Shown: positions 37,758 to 47,515, counted from the stretch's first letter. The stretch: DNA of 57,476 nucleotides from Methylomonas sp. (GCA_026989395.1 JALSJK010000116.1:1-57476); one strand, 5' to 3'. Program-made: numbers and translations. Notes: a model not told the origin generated them from the letters alone.

Positions 37758-38387
37758 ATGACCAAACAACAATTAATTAAAGTTATCACACCTGCCAGTG
37801 GGTTTAGTGATTTGCTGGGAGTGTATTTAAACTGGACTGGTGTCGGTTTTATCAGCGCAATAATTGCCGAACGGCTTGATCATTTTAGCGGGGTTACTTA
37901 TGCCACTTTTTATACAAGCTCACTAAATTCAGCGATTGGAGTGAAGTTCTGGGCATTAATCAGTATTATCGGATTATTGCTTTTTTGTCTAAGTCTTCCG
38001 TTTATCTATTTAGCCAATTATCGTACCCAGTTTAAAACCAGTTGCCAGCGTCTGCGTTATTTTACCTATGGTTTTTTTCTGGTCGCTTTTGATGAAGGGG
38101 CTTTAATATTAGGTATCTTGATAGCTAATATGATTCACGTCAATGAGCGGGCAGAATTATTATCCAGTCAGTCATTTTTGTTCACTGAGGCAAGTGTATT
38201 GAGTATCGTGGCATTAATAGTTGGCAATTCAGTACTCTGGTTGTTGGGAGAGTCGTTATATAACCGGCAGAGTAAGGACTATTCGGGGGTTGTTAATCTT
38301 ATAATCAACAGCCCTTTGAAATACAGTTTGCCGGTGTATTTATTGTTTACGTCATTGTTTGTTGCACTGGTCATCAATCAATCTTGA
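37758..38387 (+). CDS. hypothetical polytopic membrane protein inserted between mxaR and mxaS
   Basis: ~209 aa from the internal Met 'MTKQQLIKVI', with 4-5 TM helices. The ORF is AT-rich compared with flanking mxa genes. Its stop abuts the mxaS start (TGAAATG). Confidence 0.45.
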   Translation: MTKQQLIKVITPASGFSDLLGVYLNWTGVGFISAIIAERLDHFSGVTYATFYTSSLNSAIGVKFWALISIIGLLLFCLSLPFIYLANYRTQFKTSCQRLRYFTYGFFLVAFDEGALILGILIANMIHVNERAELLSSQSFLFTEASVLSIVALIVGNSVLWLLGESLYNRQSKDYSGVVNLIINSPLKYSLPVYLLFTSLFVALVINQS

Positions 38388-38388
38388 A

Positions 38389-39243
38389 ATGTCGGAAAAC
38401 AATATTTTTCATTATCGAAAACCAGCCCAATACAATGTTTTTCCAGGGGCGCATTCAGGAAAAGTTATTGGTAACGGCCTGGTTTTTAATCAGCACAAAC
38501 CTTTAATTGCCTTCCCGGATCCAAGGCATCTGGATTTGAGAGCCAGCTTTCTAAATCCATTTTCGCATTATCAGGTCAGAGTTTTTCGGCAGCTTTCCCG
38601 CTTGGATGTGTTTTTACTGGCAGATTTGTCTGCTTCCATGAGTTTTACCGGAAAATACAGTAAAAAACAGATCATCGTGGACTGTTTATTTTCAGCTGCC
38701 GAGTCCGCTCATGCGACAGGAGATCGGTTTGGTTTTGTAGGTTGTGGTCAAACGCTAGATCCGCAACTCTTAATATCACCGGCGAGCCAGCAATACGGCA
38801 GGGTGGTAGACATTGCAACCCGAATTAAATCATCACGCCTAACAGGGCGGGCGGATGGTTTATTGCAGGCCGCTAATTATTTGCCAGACAGGTCGGCATT
38901 GGTGTTTTTGTTGTCTGATTTCTATTTGCCGATGGCAATGGTTCGGCAAATTATGCGGCGACTTAACCAGCATATGGTCGTGCCATTGGTTATTTGGGAT
39001 AAACAGGAAAGCAGTGATTTGCCCGCTTGGGGTTTGCTTAAATTTTCTGATTTAGAGCTGGGTAAAACACGCACATTATTGATGCGGCCTTCCTTGCGGG
39101 AAAAGATTTATGCCTCATATTTAAATCGAAAGCAGCAGTTGCGGAAGTGTTTCAGAAGTTTTGGCGCAGAGCCATTGTTTATTGAACAAGGGTTTCAAGC
39201 AGAACTGATCAGCCAATATTTTTTTCAATATGCAACTAGTTAA
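38389..39243 (+). CDS. mxaS: DUF58-family protein MxaS
   Basis: 'GAHSGKVIGNGLVFNQHKPLIAFPDPRHLDLRAS' and 'VFLLADLSASMSF' are DUF58-like. Sits between mxaR and mxaA. Start may instead be 38359. Confidence 0.6.
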   Translation: MSENNIFHYRKPAQYNVFPGAHSGKVIGNGLVFNQHKPLIAFPDPRHLDLRASFLNPFSHYQVRVFRQLSRLDVFLLADLSASMSFTGKYSKKQIIVDCLFSAAESAHATGDRFGFVGCGQTLDPQLLISPASQQYGRVVDIATRIKSSRLTGRADGLLQAANYLPDRSALVFLLSDFYLPMAMVRQIMRRLNQHMVVPLVIWDKQESSDLPAWGLLKFSDLELGKTRTLLMRPSLREKIYASYLNRKQQLRKCFRSFGAEPLFIEQGFQAELISQYFFQYATS

Positions 39244-40135
39244 GATACTGATTAAATCGTTTTTTATTGTCTTGCTGCTGAACGCATGCTCCAGTTCATT
39301 TCATCAGCCCATTACCTTTTTTCAGGTACAATCGCCTCGTCCATTTGGGTATGTTATTGGCGATGAAATTAAACGGCGTATTATCGTGGAAGTCAGGGAC
39401 GGATTGGCTTTACAATACCGCAGCCTTCCAGGCAAGGGGGAAATAAATCGATGGCTGAACTTGAAAAAGGTTGCTGTCAATAAAATTAAAACCAGCCGGG
39501 GAACTCGTTATCAAATTGACCTGACTTATCAACTGTTTTACGCGCCTTTAGAAGTTAAAATGCTTGAATTACCAGGTTTTACCTTGCAATTTAGACAGTT
39601 TGGCAAAATGACTGATAAGCAGGTTCCGCCTTGGTATTTTACTGCGGCGCCACTGCGCGAATTGGCCATTCGGAAACAGGATGGCAAGGAATACATGCGC
39701 CCCGATACACCGGCGCCGTTCTTGGATAATACTGCCAACCAGATACGTTTTGCTATGTTTTTGTGCATTGCTATGCTTGCAGCAATCTATCTGGCATGGG
39801 TTTACGGCTTGTTAAGCTTTTTGCCAAAATATCAGGTTTTCAAACGCCCTTGTCGGCAACTGGGGAAGCTTTCAGAGCGTGAGTTTGCCAGTATGCTGAA
39901 TATGATGCACGGGGCGCTAAATCAATTGAATGGTAAACCTTTATTTCAGCACCGGTTGACGGATTTTTTTCAACGTTTTCCAGATTATCAGCAGCTTGAA
40001 AATGAATTCAGGTGGTTTTTTGAATGTTCAAATCGCTACTTTTTTGGTTCAGCTAAACAAGTCGATAAGGCCGATGTTGAACGCATTAAAATATTTTGCC
40101 AGCATTGTTTGCAGGTAGAACGAGGGCAGCGATGA
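39230..40135 (+). CDS. mxaA: MxaA (methanol dehydrogenase Ca2+-insertion/maturation protein)
   Basis: 301 aa, N-terminal signal/lipobox-like 'LLLNAC', C-terminal TM helix. Position between mxaS and mxaC. Confidence 0.55.
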   Translation: MQLVKILIKSFFIVLLLNACSSSFHQPITFFQVQSPRPFGYVIGDEIKRRIIVEVRDGLALQYRSLPGKGEINRWLNLKKVAVNKIKTSRGTRYQIDLTYQLFYAPLEVKMLELPGFTLQFRQFGKMTDKQVPPWYFTAAPLRELAIRKQDGKEYMRPDTPAPFLDNTANQIRFAMFLCIAMLAAIYLAWVYGLLSFLPKYQVFKRPCRQLGKLSEREFASMLNMMHGALNQLNGKPLFQHRLTDFFQRFPDYQQLENEFRWFFECSNRYFFGSAKQVDKADVERIKIFCQHCLQVERGQR

Positions 40136-41115
40136 ATCTAGCTGTTGACCATCCATTGATGTTGCTTGCATTAGTTCTGGCCCTGCTGCCTTTGTTGAAT
40201 AATGGCGTTAGTGAAAGTGCATATCCGGCAGTTCAGGTTTTGCCGTTTGATGGCTTGTCGACCTTGATTTCTGTGCTAATCAAGTGTATCGCTTTTTCGG
40301 CAATTGTTTGTTTGGTACTGGGGCTAGCAGGTTTGAACAGAGGCGAACAACAGCGTGAAAGAATCGGTTACGGGGCGCATATAGTGTTATTGCTGGATCG
40401 CAGTAAAAGCATGGATTACACCTTTGCGGGTAAAGCGCCTGATGGCAGTGAGGAGTCAAAAGCCAGAGCTGCAAAACGTTTATTGACCGAGTTTATCAAA
40501 GGGCGGGATCATGATCGTATTGGTGTTGCCGGTTACAGTACATCACCCTTACTTTTCATGCCACTGACAGAAAATAAACAGGCGGTACTGGCAGCTATTT
40601 CTGCTACTGACTTACCTGCGCTGGCTTATACGAATATAAGTAAAGGACTGGCGATGGCCTTGTCTTTTTTTCAGAGCCAGAGTTCTCAATCTGGTTCGCG
40701 CATTATTTTGCTGGTTTCTGATGGGGCGGCGGTGATTGATCCAGACAGCGAGGCCAAAATCAGGCGGTGGGTAAAGCAAATGAACATTCGTTTGTACTGG
40801 ATATTTATGCGGAGTCAGAATAGCCCGGGTTTGTATGAAAAACCAGAAGACCCAAGGGATGATAATGCCGCTGCCATGCCCGAGCGTTATCTGAATCTGT
40901 TTTTTGAAAGCTTGAATATTCCTTATAAAGCGTACCAGGCTGAAAACCCAGATGCCGTACAAAAAGCCATTAACGATATTAATCAACTGGAAAACATGCC
41001 GTTGCATTATCTGGAAAAAATACCAAAACAGGAACTCTCAACACTTTGTTATCAACTAGCAGGGTTTTTTATTGGTTTGTTATTGGCATTAAAATTTGTT
41101 GAGGCCAGGGTATGA
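40132..41115 (+). CDS. mxaC: von Willebrand factor A domain protein MxaC
   Basis: MIDAS 'LLLDRSKSM' (DxSxS) VWA motif with two N-terminal TM helices. Start ATGA overlaps the mxaA stop. Confidence 0.7.
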   Translation: MNLAVDHPLMLLALVLALLPLLNNGVSESAYPAVQVLPFDGLSTLISVLIKCIAFSAIVCLVLGLAGLNRGEQQRERIGYGAHIVLLLDRSKSMDYTFAGKAPDGSEESKARAAKRLLTEFIKGRDHDRIGVAGYSTSPLLFMPLTENKQAVLAAISATDLPALAYTNISKGLAMALSFFQSQSSQSGSRIILLVSDGAAVIDPDSEAKIRRWVKQMNIRLYWIFMRSQNSPGLYEKPEDPRDDNAAAMPERYLNLFFESLNIPYKAYQAENPDAVQKAINDINQLENMPLHYLEKIPKQELSTLCYQLAGFFIGLLLALKFVEARV

Positions 41116-41675
41116 AAAAAACCATGCAGCACTTTACATATTGGATAGTGTTTTTTATTGCTTTAACTGGTGCAATTTATACGGCCTATTCAGGTTACAA
41201 AACAGCGCAAATTAACCAACTGATCAGTCAGCTTAATCAGGGCAGGGATATTGAGCCAAAGCAAATGAAAAATGCAACGCCGGAGCTGCAATTGGCGAGA
41301 GCGATTTATCTTAAAAACAAAAAGCGTTATAAAGAGGCGCAAGCCACTTTGAGTTTGATTATCAATCAGGGCACACAACAGCTGCAAGCTATTAGTCGCT
41401 ACAATCTTGGCAACACGTATTTGATACAAGCCATCGAATTTGCAGAGGCCTTGCAAATTAATGAGGCATCAGCGTTGGCGGCACTGGCCAAGCAAGCATA
41501 TCGGCAAGCATTGGCTTTGGACAGTCACTATTGGGATGCAAAATACAATTTAGAAGTGGCTGTGCGTTTGTTGCCGGAAATGGATCGTATCACGATGGAG
41601 CGAGATGACCCCGTCCCGCAGGAAAAAGCAAAGCTATGGGCGACAGTCCCAGGTTTTCCTCGCGGGTTGCCATAA
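41112..41675 (+). CDS. mxaK: MxaK (TPR-like membrane-anchored protein)
   Basis: 187 aa with an N-terminal TM helix and TPR-like helical repeats (AIYLKNKKRYKEAQATLSLII). Start ATGA overlaps the mxaC stop. Confidence 0.5.
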   Translation: MKKTMQHFTYWIVFFIALTGAIYTAYSGYKTAQINQLISQLNQGRDIEPKQMKNATPELQLARAIYLKNKKRYKEAQATLSLIINQGTQQLQAISRYNLGNTYLIQAIEFAEALQINEASALAALAKQAYRQALALDSHYWDAKYNLEVAVRLLPEMDRITMERDDPVPQEKAKLWATVPGFPRGLP

Positions 41676-41682
41676 ATCCGCC

Positions 41683-42657
41683 ATGAATGTTAGTTTTATT
41701 TCAAAAAATCTTAAAGATTACCGGTTTTATTGCCTGAGTCTGGCGTTTTTGGCTATGCTGATTTTGTTTTTAAATCCGGAGGTTATCAGGTCTCGTCCAG
41801 TTTATAATTTTACCTTTATTGTTGATATTACCCGAAGCATGAATGCTCGGGATTATCAAATCGAAGGTGAAGCGGTCAGCCGTTTACAATTTGTTAAAAA
41901 GGCGTTAATTAAAGCGGTGGTTAACTTGCCTTGTCAGTCCAAAGTAGGTTTGGGAGTTTTTACAGAGAGAAAATCTACTTTATTGTTCGAGCCCATCGAG
42001 GTTTGTTCGTCATTCACAGAAATTGATAGTGTTATTAATGCATTAGACTGGCGAATGGCTTGGGCAGCCGATAGCCGTATCAGTAAAGGCATAGCCAGCA
42101 TTATTGAGCAATTAAAAGGCAGCGATTCTCAAATTATTTTTTTGACTGATGGACAGGAAGCGCCGCCAGTGAATCCACGCTATAAAATGGATTTTAGTGA
42201 CTTGAAAGGTAAGTTGAATGGGATGCTGGTTGGTGTGGGTGGGCTGCAAAATGTACCTATCCCAAAATATAATGCCCAGGGAAAACAGCAGGGGTTTTAT
42301 CAGCCTGATGATGTTCCCCATCGATCAACATTTGGTTTGGCGCCAACATCATCTGCTCCGGTAGGAAATTATAATGCAAGAAATGCCCCCTTTGGCGGTG
42401 CAAAAGTAGTAGGCGATCAGCATTTAACACGTCTCTATGAATCCTATTTACAGGAGTTGAGTAAAGATATTGATTGGTTTTATCATCGACTGGAAACCAG
42501 AGAATTACTCGGTAAAGCGCTGCTAAGGCCTCAGTTTGCAAAGCAAAAGCAAGTATTGTCAGATATGCGTGCATATCCAGCATTATTTGCCTTGATTATG
42601 TTAAGTCTGGTTTATTTGCCGCAATTGAAAAGTAAATCAAACAAGAATACTCCTTGA
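41683..42657 (+). CDS. mxaL: von Willebrand factor A domain protein MxaL
   Basis: 'FIVDITRSMNARD' (DxTxS MIDAS) and a C-terminal TM helix. Start at the internal Met (MNVSF); the ORF-track start overlaps mxaK. Confidence 0.7.
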   Translation: MNVSFISKNLKDYRFYCLSLAFLAMLILFLNPEVIRSRPVYNFTFIVDITRSMNARDYQIEGEAVSRLQFVKKALIKAVVNLPCQSKVGLGVFTERKSTLLFEPIEVCSSFTEIDSVINALDWRMAWAADSRISKGIASIIEQLKGSDSQIIFLTDGQEAPPVNPRYKMDFSDLKGKLNGMLVGVGGLQNVPIPKYNAQGKQQGFYQPDDVPHRSTFGLAPTSSAPVGNYNARNAPFGGAKVVGDQHLTRLYESYLQELSKDIDWFYHRLETRELLGKALLRPQFAKQKQVLSDMRAYPALFALIMLSLVYLPQLKSKSNKNTP

Positions 42658-42855
42658 CGATGGATTTTTTGATGTTTAGCCTAAAAATTATCGAATTTTA
42701 AAGCCCTTACTTGAACTTTTAGGCCATTTGACGGAAACAATAGTTAAATGTGGTTCAATAAAAGCCAATGAACCCTAAAATGTCGATTCCAGTTTGATAC
42801 AAATAATTGAATTTGATACGCTGCTCGACTGGGACATAGAAACTTAGGTGGTGCT

Positions 42856-43494
42856 TTGGGTAATCCTGTAGATGAAAAGGTTGGAGTAGCATTACTTCAG
42901 CGCATCGCGGCAAAAGACCGTAAGGCATTTGAGGAGTTTTATTATTTGTATGCTGAGGGTTTCGGCCGATTTTTGATGAAAATGCTCAAGCAACACGAAT
43001 GGGTAGATGAAGCGGTGAATGATGTGATGCTAACTGTCTGGCAAATAGCAGATCGTTACGATCCTGAACGGGGACGGTTATCCACTTGGTTGTTCGGTAT
43101 TGCCCACAATAAAGGTCTCAAGCTATTGGAACGCAACGGACGTTACTGGGAAGAGTCACTTGAGGACCATCCAGTTGAGATCGACAGAGATGAAAAGGTC
43201 GATGACAGTTCTTACGGTTCTGTTCTCCCTTCGACTTTCAAACCAGAGCGCGAGGTGATGGGATGGGAATTAGGCGATGCGATGAGTTGGGCATTTGAAA
43301 AACTTTCACCGAATCATCAGGCGGTTATCGAATTGTGCTTTAGTGAAAACTTCACTTACCAGGAGATCGCCAATATTATGGATTGCCCGTTAAATACCGT
43401 GAAAACCCGCTTATTTCATGCACGCAAGCGGTTGGCTGAAATATTGGCGAGCAAAGGTTTTTCGCTGTCTGATCAGGTAAAAATTGAACTATGA
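42856..43494 (+). CDS. ECF (sigma-70 family group IV) RNA polymerase sigma factor
   Basis: Region 2 'FEEFYYLYAEGFGRFL' and region 4 'ELCFSENFTYQEIANIMDCPLNTVKTRLFHARKRL'. Apparent TTG start preceded by 'TAGGTGG' SD. Confidence 0.8.
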   Translation: MGNPVDEKVGVALLQRIAAKDRKAFEEFYYLYAEGFGRFLMKMLKQHEWVDEAVNDVMLTVWQIADRYDPERGRLSTWLFGIAHNKGLKLLERNGRYWEESLEDHPVEIDRDEKVDDSSYGSVLPSTFKPEREVMGWELGDAMSWAFEKLSPNHQAVIELCFSENFTYQEIANIMDCPLNTVKTRLFHARKRLAEILASKGFSLSDQVKIEL

Positions 43495-44198
43495 TAAAGC
43501 GTCAAGACAACAAGATTTCGTCTTACGATCACGATGAATTAATCAACTTAATACCTTGGTACGTTAAAGGTAAGTTAACGGCTAACGAAAATGCTGCGGT
43601 TAAGCAACACCTGGACGATTGCGAAAGTTGCAGACAAGAAGTATCGAGGTGTCAAGCATTAGCAGGTTCACTGCCTAAACCTGCTGAACCATGGAAGCCA
43701 TCCGCCGCACATTTTGCTGAAATATTAGTTGGTGTGGATAAACTTGAAGCAGCGGAAAAACTGAATTCATCTGACATTACTGTTCCGAAAGTCGGGTTTT
43801 TCGACCGGGTTCGTCAATTATTAGCCCAAACGCCACGGCCAGTACGTTGGACTTTGGCGGCAGAAACGTTGGCTTTTGCCATCCTTGCCGTTGTGTTATT
43901 GCCTGGGCAACTCAATATAGCTAAAACCGGCACATTTGAGACACTATCCAATGCTGAAACGCCAACGTCTTCTTCAGGCCTAATGCTACGCTTGGTCATA
44001 TCAGATGATATGACAGCAAAGGAGCTATCCGAATTATTACTGCAAACAAACGCACAAATACGCCAAGGCCCTTCCGAAATTGGTGTGTACACGCTTGAAA
44101 TACCTGCTGGAGATGCCGCCAAAGCGCAGTCAACTTTACGGGCGCATCCTAAGGTCAGGCTGGCATTGCCAGTAGAAACAGCTACGCCTAGGCCATGA
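43491..44198 (+). CDS. zinc-finger (ZAS-type, HxxxCxxC) transmembrane anti-sigma factor
   Basis: N-terminal 'HLDDCESCRQ' H-x3-C-x2-C motif, one TM helix 'LAFAILAVVLLPG', and a ~90-aa C-terminal periplasmic domain. ATGA overlap with the sigma factor. Confidence 0.6.
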   Translation: MIKRQDNKISSYDHDELINLIPWYVKGKLTANENAAVKQHLDDCESCRQEVSRCQALAGSLPKPAEPWKPSAAHFAEILVGVDKLEAAEKLNSSDITVPKVGFFDRVRQLLAQTPRPVRWTLAAETLAFAILAVVLLPGQLNIAKTGTFETLSNAETPTSSSGLMLRLVISDDMTAKELSELLLQTNAQIRQGPSEIGVYTLEIPAGDAAKAQSTLRAHPKVRLALPVETATPRP

Positions 44199-45421
44199 AG
44201 CAATATAGGTATTTCAGCCTCCTGTGTGCCGCCATACTGACAGGTATAACAGGATGTTCACAGTTGTCAGGCATATCATCGGATAATCCGGCTTTACCCA
44301 AGCAAATGTTGGCACGGCAAGTGCTGGTGACGTTGCCGGATTCACTTAAGCCAAAATGGTCTTCTATACGGCAAGAGCTCGCTAATCAACACAAAATTTC
44401 GGTAACAGGCGAGTTTCCACTACCCTCCATAGGTGTTGATTGCCTGGTTTATAAGGTCCCTGATCAACTTCCTATGGATCAAGTTATAGCCAGGCTACGC
44501 TCAGATAAGCGCGTAGGCTTGGTGCAGGAAAATCAAGTATTTGAAGGCATTCAAAGTGGAAAAAGCGACATTTTTGCTGCTATCAGTTATGCCGCAAAAT
44601 TAACGCACGTTGAAAGCGCGCATAGGATCACGACTGGTAAGGGTATCAAGATTGCTGTCGTTGATACTGGGGTTGAAAAAGAACACCCTGATTTAAAAGG
44701 GCAAATTGGGCAAACCGCTAATTTTGTTGAAGGTGGTGACCGTAGCTTTGCCCGTGATAAACATGGTACGGCTGTTACAGGTGTGATTGCCGCGCGCGCG
44801 AATGATGGCATTGGAATCTATGGTATCGCACCAGAAGCTGACATTAGCGTATTGAAAGCCTGCTGGTATCAGAGCCAAGACGATGCCAAGGCGCAATGCA
44901 GTAGTTGGACATTAGCCAAGGCGCTTGATTCAGCAATTACTAGCGGGGCGCGTATTATCAACCTTAGTCTGGCTGGTCCAGACGATGAATTAATGACCAA
45001 GCTGCTTGAGACGGCTCATGCCCGCGGCATCAACATAGTGGCGGCAACTTTAGAGCAACAGGAACAACCGGGTTTTCCCGCCAATTTACCGGAAACTATC
45101 CCTGTTATTTCTACAGGACCGGATGGAAATCCTCCTCAACCAACCTGGGTAGCCCAATTTCCAAGTACAGTCGCTGCGCCAGGGAAGGAGATTTTGACCA
45201 CAGTGCCTAAGGAAGGGTATGATTTTGTCTCCGGCAGCTCTTTGGCTGCCGGCCATGTCAGCGGTATTATTGCGTTACTGCTGGAATTGAACCCCGAGCT
45301 TACTCCGGATCAAATCAAGGAATTACTCCATGACAATAGCAAAAGGGGTGCCGCCAATTCCCTGTCTGTACTTGATATTTGCGCTATCATAAAAATACTC
45401 CTAAAAGGTGAAGGTTGCTGA
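44195..45421 (+). CDS. subtilisin-like serine protease (peptidase S8) lipoprotein with N-terminal propeptide
   Basis: Lipobox 'ITGCSQ'. Catalytic triad motifs 'VAVVDTGVEKEH' (Asp), 'HGTAVTGVIAA' (His) and 'GSSLAAGHVSG' (Ser). ATGA overlap with the anti-sigma gene. Confidence 0.8.
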   Translation: MKQYRYFSLLCAAILTGITGCSQLSGISSDNPALPKQMLARQVLVTLPDSLKPKWSSIRQELANQHKISVTGEFPLPSIGVDCLVYKVPDQLPMDQVIARLRSDKRVGLVQENQVFEGIQSGKSDIFAAISYAAKLTHVESAHRITTGKGIKIAVVDTGVEKEHPDLKGQIGQTANFVEGGDRSFARDKHGTAVTGVIAARANDGIGIYGIAPEADISVLKACWYQSQDDAKAQCSSWTLAKALDSAITSGARIINLSLAGPDDELMTKLLETAHARGINIVAATLEQQEQPGFPANLPETIPVISTGPDGNPPQPTWVAQFPSTVAAPGKEILTTVPKEGYDFVSGSSLAAGHVSGIIALLLELNPELTPDQIKELLHDNSKRGAANSLSVLDICAIIKILLKGEGC

Positions 45422-45433
45422 ATGAGGAAGTAA

Positions 45434-46777
45434 ATGGTCTCATGGGATGCTATTTGGCACCGATCATGCCGCCAGAATAACTGGATTGCTAGCAATAGAG
45501 TTTGGGCAAGTTGCTGTTTTGTTTTGGTGTTGACAGTTCCCCTGGCAGCTTGGCCTGCTGAGAGTTTCTGGCAAAGTTTGATCGGCGGTAAGCCAGACCT
45601 GTCCCTGCGCTATCGTTTTGAATATGCCGATGACGCCAAACCGGGGCTTAAAGAAGCTTACGCGTCTACTTTGCGTACCGCGACAGGGTATCGTACGGAT
45701 ACTTTTTACAACTTAAGCGCCTACTTCCAAATCCAAGATGTCAGGGTTATCGGTAATGATGACTGGTACAATGACGGTTCCAACAATGTTTTAGACCGGG
45801 CAGTCATAGCAGATGCGGAAGGCACAGAAATTCAGCAATATTATCTGCGTTACGGCGGTTTGCCCAAGACAGTCGTAACCTTAGGCCGTCAGGAAATTAA
45901 CCATCGACCAGGTACGCAACAGCGCTTTCTGGGTAATGTGAGTTGGCGACAGCATTTTCAAAGTTTTGATGCCGCGAACTTAGTGAGTCTGGCAATTCCA
46001 CATACAGTAGTTGATTACAGTTATATCTGGAACGTCAACCGTATTTTTGGCGAGAGTAACCCGCTGCCAGATGCTGATGACTTTCGCTCCAACAGCCATG
46101 CTTTGAATGTTCAATACAGCGGATTGCCTGGCTTGAAACTTGAAAGTTACCTTTATCTGCTGGAATTCACCTCAACTACCGCACGACGGTTTTCAACTGC
46201 AACTACTGGATTGCGTGCTCAGGGCGACCGCATTATCGCAACGGGCTTACGCCTTAACTATACAGGGGAATTTGCCTATCAGCAGGATTACAGCAATAAC
46301 CCAAATGCGGTTTCAGTCAATTATGCGTTTGCTGAACTTGGTTTAAATTATGTCGTAGACGGAGTGCTAGAATCCATCGGACTAAAATACGGCTATGAAC
46401 GCCTGGAAGGTGAGGGCGGGCAGCGATCTTTTCAAACTCCATTGGGAACCAATCACGCCTTCCAGGGTTTTGCCGACCGTTTTTTGGTGACTCCTGGTGA
46501 TGGAATACAGGATCATTGTGTTACACTTTCCGGTAAATTGGCAAATACGCAAGTAAGCATCGCCTATCACCATTTCCTTTCGGATAAAGACAATTATCAA
46601 TATGGCTATGAATGGGATGTCTTTGCCGAACATTCCTTCAATAAGTATTATTTGGCAGGCCTAAAATTCTCATATTATCACGCTAATTCTAATAGCATTA
46701 ATCTCACCCGCAATGCTGCAACAGGTCAAGCATTCGACCTTACCCGTTTTTGGACTTATCTCCAGTTTTCTTATTAG
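45434..46777 (+). CDS. outer-membrane beta-barrel protein (alginate-export/porin-like)
   Basis: 447 aa with alternating amphipathic beta-strands rich in Y/G/T. C-terminal 'TYLQFSY' has an aromatic terminus. 'GAGGAAG' SD. Unusually long signal n-region. Confidence 0.5.
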   Translation: MVSWDAIWHRSCRQNNWIASNRVWASCCFVLVLTVPLAAWPAESFWQSLIGGKPDLSLRYRFEYADDAKPGLKEAYASTLRTATGYRTDTFYNLSAYFQIQDVRVIGNDDWYNDGSNNVLDRAVIADAEGTEIQQYYLRYGGLPKTVVTLGRQEINHRPGTQQRFLGNVSWRQHFQSFDAANLVSLAIPHTVVDYSYIWNVNRIFGESNPLPDADDFRSNSHALNVQYSGLPGLKLESYLYLLEFTSTTARRFSTATTGLRAQGDRIIATGLRLNYTGEFAYQQDYSNNPNAVSVNYAFAELGLNYVVDGVLESIGLKYGYERLEGEGGQRSFQTPLGTNHAFQGFADRFLVTPGDGIQDHCVTLSGKLANTQVSIAYHHFLSDKDNYQYGYEWDVFAEHSFNKYYLAGLKFSYYHANSNSINLTRNAATGQAFDLTRFWTYLQFSY

Positions 46778-46900
46778 TAGAAAATTTTTCGAAAAATAAT
46801 TTGAACAATTTCGATCCTTAACCGGAATCATGAGTCAGGGAGGAATTAAAACTTCCTAAACTCAACATTTGTTAATTATTTATTATTTGGAGATTCCATT

Positions 46901-47515
46901 ATGAAAAATCAAACTCATTCATTTAAGGCTATTGCATCCTTGGCGCTTGTTAGTTCCGTACTACTTTGTTCTCAGGCAAGTGCTACTGACTGGAAAAGAC
47001 TTAAATTTCCGCTCGTCCGTCCAGCTGTTTTGGACGATTCCTGTGCTCCACATGCCAGAGGTAAGGTAAGGGTCACTACCCTTGGCAATGTTGAGGTTAT
47101 GGATGTAAAAATCGTAGGGTTGCCAAAAAATACCGAATTCGATGTCTTTGTCATTCAGGTACCTGATTTTCCGTTTGGTATGTCCTGGTATCAAGGCGAT
47201 ATTCAAACCAATCACAGAGGCAAGGGTTATGCTCGATTTGTTGGCCGTTTCAATGAAGAAACTTTTATCGTGGCACCCGGTACACCTGCTGTTGCACCGC
47301 TGACACATGATGCTGACGCAGGAGAGAACCCTGTTACCAATCCGGTTCACACCTACCATATCGGCATTTGGTTTAATTCTCCAGCTGATGCAGTGAAAGC
47401 TGGTTGTCCTGGCGCAGTAACACCGTTTAATGGGGAGCATAATGCAGGTATACAGATATTGAATACCAGTACGTTTGCGGATGAAGAAGGGCCATTATTA
47501 AAGATTAAGCCTTAA
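46901..47515 (+). CDS. secreted hypothetical protein
   Basis: 204 aa with signal peptide 'LALVSSVLLCSQASA' and 3 Cys in the mature part. No recognisable family. Confidence 0.4.
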   Translation: MKNQTHSFKAIASLALVSSVLLCSQASATDWKRLKFPLVRPAVLDDSCAPHARGKVRVTTLGNVEVMDVKIVGLPKNTEFDVFVIQVPDFPFGMSWYQGDIQTNHRGKGYARFVGRFNEETFIVAPGTPAVAPLTHDADAGENPVTNPVHTYHIGIWFNSPADAVKAGCPGAVTPFNGEHNAGIQILNTSTFADEEGPLLKIKP

